Shown piece after piece: positions 34,428-36,982 of a stretch of 36,982 nt of DNA. The notes below the pieces were generated by a model. The model was not told the DNA's origin and did no database searches. It worked only from the letters and a program-made list of their open reading frames with translations. Within the stretch, counting starts at the first letter, position 1, and every line of letters starts with the position of its first letter. Made by a program: the position numbers and the translations under genes. The stretch comes from a virus (Duplodnaviria > Caudoviricetes): positions 1 to 36,982 of the IMG/VR virus record IMGVR_UViG_3300034349_000076; one strand, written 5' to 3'.

Positions 34428-34783
34428 AACTTAATCACCCACTGCCAGACAGCTATTCCAAGTATACCTATAGCGGTAACAGAAAGCGTAAGTATCTGAT
34501 TTTGCCAACTACGCTGCATTTGCTCAATACGAAGAATGATAGCATGTAGTTGTCCAGTAAGGGTATTTCCAACTGCCTTTATCTCACCTACTGTGGCAGT
34601 AGTAGCATGTTCCCTTTCATCCATACGGGCATAGTTGCGCTCAAGTGCGCGTACATCAGCAGATAGGCTAACAAAGCATCCATGCAAGTCCCTTGTTTCA
34701 TGCCCTATCCTTCCTATTGCTTCAGCATTAAGGAGCGTTCCTTGCTCTACCTTATCGAAGCGTTCCTCTACTGGATCGCTCAC
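34424..34783 (-). CDS. Coiled-coil protein with C-terminal transmembrane helix (XhlA-like architecture)
   Basis: GTG start with AAGGAG RBS; heptad region then ILTLSVTAIGILGIAVWQWVI. Confidence 0.65.
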   Translation of the reverse strand: MSDPVEERFDKVEQGTLLNAEAIGRIGHETRDLHGCFVSLSADVRALERNYARMDEREHATTATVGEIKAVGNTLTGQLHAIILRIEQMQRSWQNQILTLSVTAIGILGIAVWQWVIKL

Positions 34784-34804
34784 ACTAAGCTCCTTACCTT
34801 AGCT

Positions 34805-35116
34805 TCAGACTTTTGTGGGATCAGCAAGGGTAACATCGCAGAACTCTTGCAATCCAGTAAGGTTGCCTCCATTGATTGCATTGAGCCTGTCTCGGAATGC
34901 TTCCGCTCCTGCATTGAGATTGGTATTCTGCTCAGTAAGTTCGCTATTACTGATACCAAAAATAACCTTCATTGGCCCCACTGTTGTTGCTGCCGAATGT
35001 GCACGCGTTCCTTCCTGCTTACGCAATCCAGCAAGTCCATCCTTGATCATATCCTTATACTTCAAGGTGTCAGCTCCTTCTTTGCTCTTCTCATCAATGA
35101 ATGTCATGGTAGCCAT
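34805..35116 (-). CDS. Hypothetical protein (103 aa)
   Basis: AGGAG RBS, in the virion operon. Confidence 0.7.
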   Translation of the reverse strand: MATMTFIDEKSKEGADTLKYKDMIKDGLAGLRKQEGTRAHSAATTVGPMKVIFGISNSELTEQNTNLNAGAEAFRDRLNAINGGNLTGLQEFCDVTLADPTKV

Positions 35117-35125
35117 AGCACTCTC

Positions 35126-35518
35126 CTAAAGGGTATTAAGGGTTTGCAGCGCTTCGATACGCTGATTGGGAGTTGAGTCAGGATCAGCAAGCACATCGTT
35201 AGCTTCACGAACCCGACGCTGCTTATACTGTTGCGGCCAAACATCCCTGCGTAAGCGAAGCATTTCTTGCGCGGCTAGTGCAGCCACACGATCTGCTTCA
35301 TTACCGGCTGGCGTGCCGATATAGGTTCCATTCACAAGCTCCCAGTCGATACCAAGCGGGGCAGGCTCGTCTGGGTGTTGATGCGGGAATATACCAAGGG
35401 TAGCAAGGTAAGCAGTCTGCCCCTGCTCGATTGCAAGCGCGGTGGGGTGGACCATCATATCTGGAGTAGTGACAGTTTGCGGGGCAGGGAGATGATCGGC
35501 TGTTAGGTATTGGGTCAT
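35126..35518 (-). CDS. Putative tail-fibre assembly/accessory protein (130 aa)
   Basis: ATGA overlap with the tail fibre stop; function from position only. Confidence 0.55.
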   Translation of the reverse strand: MTQYLTADHLPAPQTVTTPDMMVHPTALAIEQGQTAYLATLGIFPHQHPDEPAPLGIDWELVNGTYIGTPAGNEADRVAALAAQEMLRLRRDVWPQQYKQRRVREANDVLADPDSTPNQRIEALQTLNTL

Positions 35519-36982
35519 AGTGTGATTCCCATTTTGTAAGCGGTCCATTGCTCTATGCGCTTCGTTGCGTAGTCAGAGAGTAGTGTGCCACAGCCTAGCG
35601 ATTGGTAAATGTAGCCTATAAAGGAAAGCGAACCATCAGCCCTAGCACCGATGTACATAGATCGATTGCCATAATTTCCAGTACCCTGTGACTGTACGGA
35701 CGTTCCACTAAGACTGTAGCCTTGATTTTTAATTGAGAAATACAGCGAAGGTGCACCTATATTTGCCTTCACTGTTGCCACAAATGACGTTGGTGCTATG
35801 AAATTAGGACTGCTAACAATACTAAGAACGCCATACGCAGGAGTTGATCCACCAGAGTATGCCTGAACCGCGCCAGCATTATTAGCTAATAATTCAAACG
35901 ACCCTGGCGATAATGAAATCGTCCCGAATTGAATTAGTGATTGAGCGCTTGCATCACTTAGCTTCCTTACCCCAGCAAACACCGTCATCTTATTGGTGTT
36001 TGTGCAATCAATCGTGCTTGCCGTAACCATGGAAGCAGTGCCAGCGAGATTCTGCTGCAAGCGGACAGGGAAGCCTACGGGGTCGTAGTCAGTGATCGTA
36101 TTGACCTTCTGGTACGGTGGCAGCCGGGAGCCTGCGTTAGCGGGTCGGGAGTCTGGCTTCCGTATATCAGCATATGCTCCAACAACAACATCATTTATGT
36201 AAATGTATGCACCAGCGCTTGTTGCTGTATTTGCACCAGATACCGTACATAGATAATAACCATCGGTCGTAGCCTTAATTGTCCCTGGCCCAGCAATGAC
36301 GGTCCCCGTCGCTAAGTTAAATCTCGCGTTAAGATCAACAGAGCCTAAAAAACGTACGCTTACATCCGTGGCTGTCCCTGGCTTGAACTCCACTGAAAAA
36401 ATGATATTTCCTGGGACAATGTTAGCCATATCTTGGCGTATGTTTCTATTTCCGGACGATGCTGTAGTGGTTATCCTTGATCCAGACGGAGTAACCTGTA
36501 ATTTTGTCCAAGCAGCATCCGCAAAGTCCTCAGTCTTCGTCAGCATATTCACCAACGAACTTACCTTGGGCCGCTTGGCTGCGTCGGGCTGGATCAGGTG
36601 GTTGCCGGGGAGTTCGCGGATCGATAAGTTATCTATGGTTCCTGTAAATGATCCAGTCGGATAAAACGCAAAGTTACCCAAAGCTGTTGGAGTTACTATT
36701 CCAGTGTATCTTTTTGCTACCGTTATCCCCGTAGTAAAAAGTCTATTAGCGAAAATATTCGTCCCTAAGTATACATAAGCTAAAGACCCAGCGGAAATAG
36801 ATACTACGTCAAACGAAACTAAATAAGATTTGCCTACAGAATGATTAATGTTCTGATACAGAACGTAATCCGACGCTGCTGTTCCAACAGCGGTACCATT
36901 CGCTATAGACCAGCCAAGAGTTTTGTTCCAATTACTATCATTATCAAACGTCCCATTCACAACCAACTCAGGCCCAACCACC
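35515..36982 (-). CDS. Tail fibre / receptor-binding protein, 5'-truncated by the window edge
   Basis: Frame open to the edge; CBM-like start GPELVVNGTFD..W, NMLTKTEDF...WTK module, C-terminal ConA/LamG-like domain (MYIGAR...FIGYIY). Confidence 0.8.
   Translation of the reverse strand, partial: VVGPELVVNGTFDNDSNWNKTLGWSIANGTAVGTAASDYVLYQNINHSVGKSYLVSFDVVSISAGSLAYVYLGTNIFANRLFTTGITVAKRYTGIVTPTALGNFAFYPTGSFTGTIDNLSIRELPGNHLIQPDAAKRPKVSSLVNMLTKTEDFADAAWTKLQVTPSGSRITTTASSGNRNIRQDMANIVPGNIIFSVEFKPGTATDVSVRFLGSVDLNARFNLATGTVIAGPGTIKATTDGYYLCTVSGANTATSAGAYIYINDVVVGAYADIRKPDSRPANAGSRLPPYQKVNTITDYDPVGFPVRLQQNLAGTASMVTASTIDCTNTNKMTVFAGVRKLSDASAQSLIQFGTISLSPGSFELLANNAGAVQAYSGGSTPAYGVLSIVSSPNFIAPTSFVATVKANIGAPSLYFSIKNQGYSLSGTSVQSQGTGNYGNRSMYIGARADGSLSFIGYIYQSLGCGTLLSDYATKRIEQWTAYKMGITL

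Larger units (their letters stand above)
1..36982. mobile_element. Partial genome of a podovirus-like dsDNA bacteriophage
   Basis: Lysis, replication/recombination and virion modules in dense divergent/convergent blocks; no cellular housekeeping genes, integrase or repressor; long ejection-type proteins and no tail sheath or tape measure gene. Confidence 0.95.

Noticed and set aside
21876-36664. Plus-strand ORFs antisense to virion genes (and minus-strand ORFs within 5194-21253)
   Set aside because: Shadows of real genes with Ser/Cys/Leu-biased translations and no initiation signals
1-36982. Genome-wide TAG reassignment (genetic code 15)
   Set aside because: Long genes are intact under code 11 and many end cleanly in TAG; only one in-frame TAG splits an apparent gene
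35515-36982. Diversity-generating retroelement
   Set aside because: No reverse transcriptase or template/variable repeat pair in the window
1-36982. tRNA/rRNA genes, integrase or att site
   Set aside because: No cloverleaf, rRNA-like sequence or recombinase motifs seen

Overview
The window is most of the genome of a podovirus-like dsDNA phage (Caudoviricetes), with no integrase, repressor or host genes visible. (i) At 85-1010 a leftward holin and GH19 endolysin cassette probably begins the late operon. Terminase, portal and capsid genes are absent and presumably lie beyond the edges. (ii) At 1252-3320 are three leftward orphan early genes with sigma70-like promoters. (iii) At about 3320-4950 is a 1.6 kb non-coding divergent control/origin region containing an AAATGTNGCA motif array, two copies of a G-run element and nested inverted repeats. 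(iv) At 4957-21718 is a rightward early/replication module: RecD/Dda-like SF1B helicase, Cas4-like Fe-S nuclease, Sak4-like ATPase, SSB-like protein, DUF6011 protein, DEDDh exonuclease, family A DNA polymerase (degenerate UDG-like N-terminus, His at the 762 position), DUF3987 AAA+ protein and many orphans, but no recognisable primase. (v) At 21857-36982 is a leftward virion module: a partial mosaic tail fibre, small tail/membrane proteins, a tail nozzle gene interrupted by one in-frame TAG and three ejection-type proteins, ending at two tandem terminators. From memory the gene order resembles PTXU04-like podophages; this is unverified. The best leads are a shared acidic-hydrophobic peptide tail on several unrelated early/replication proteins, the amber-split nozzle gene, the motif array, the atypical polymerase without a primase, a CATAGG translation-initiation motif and CTAG enrichment. 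All calls come from manual motif reading; no database search was run.
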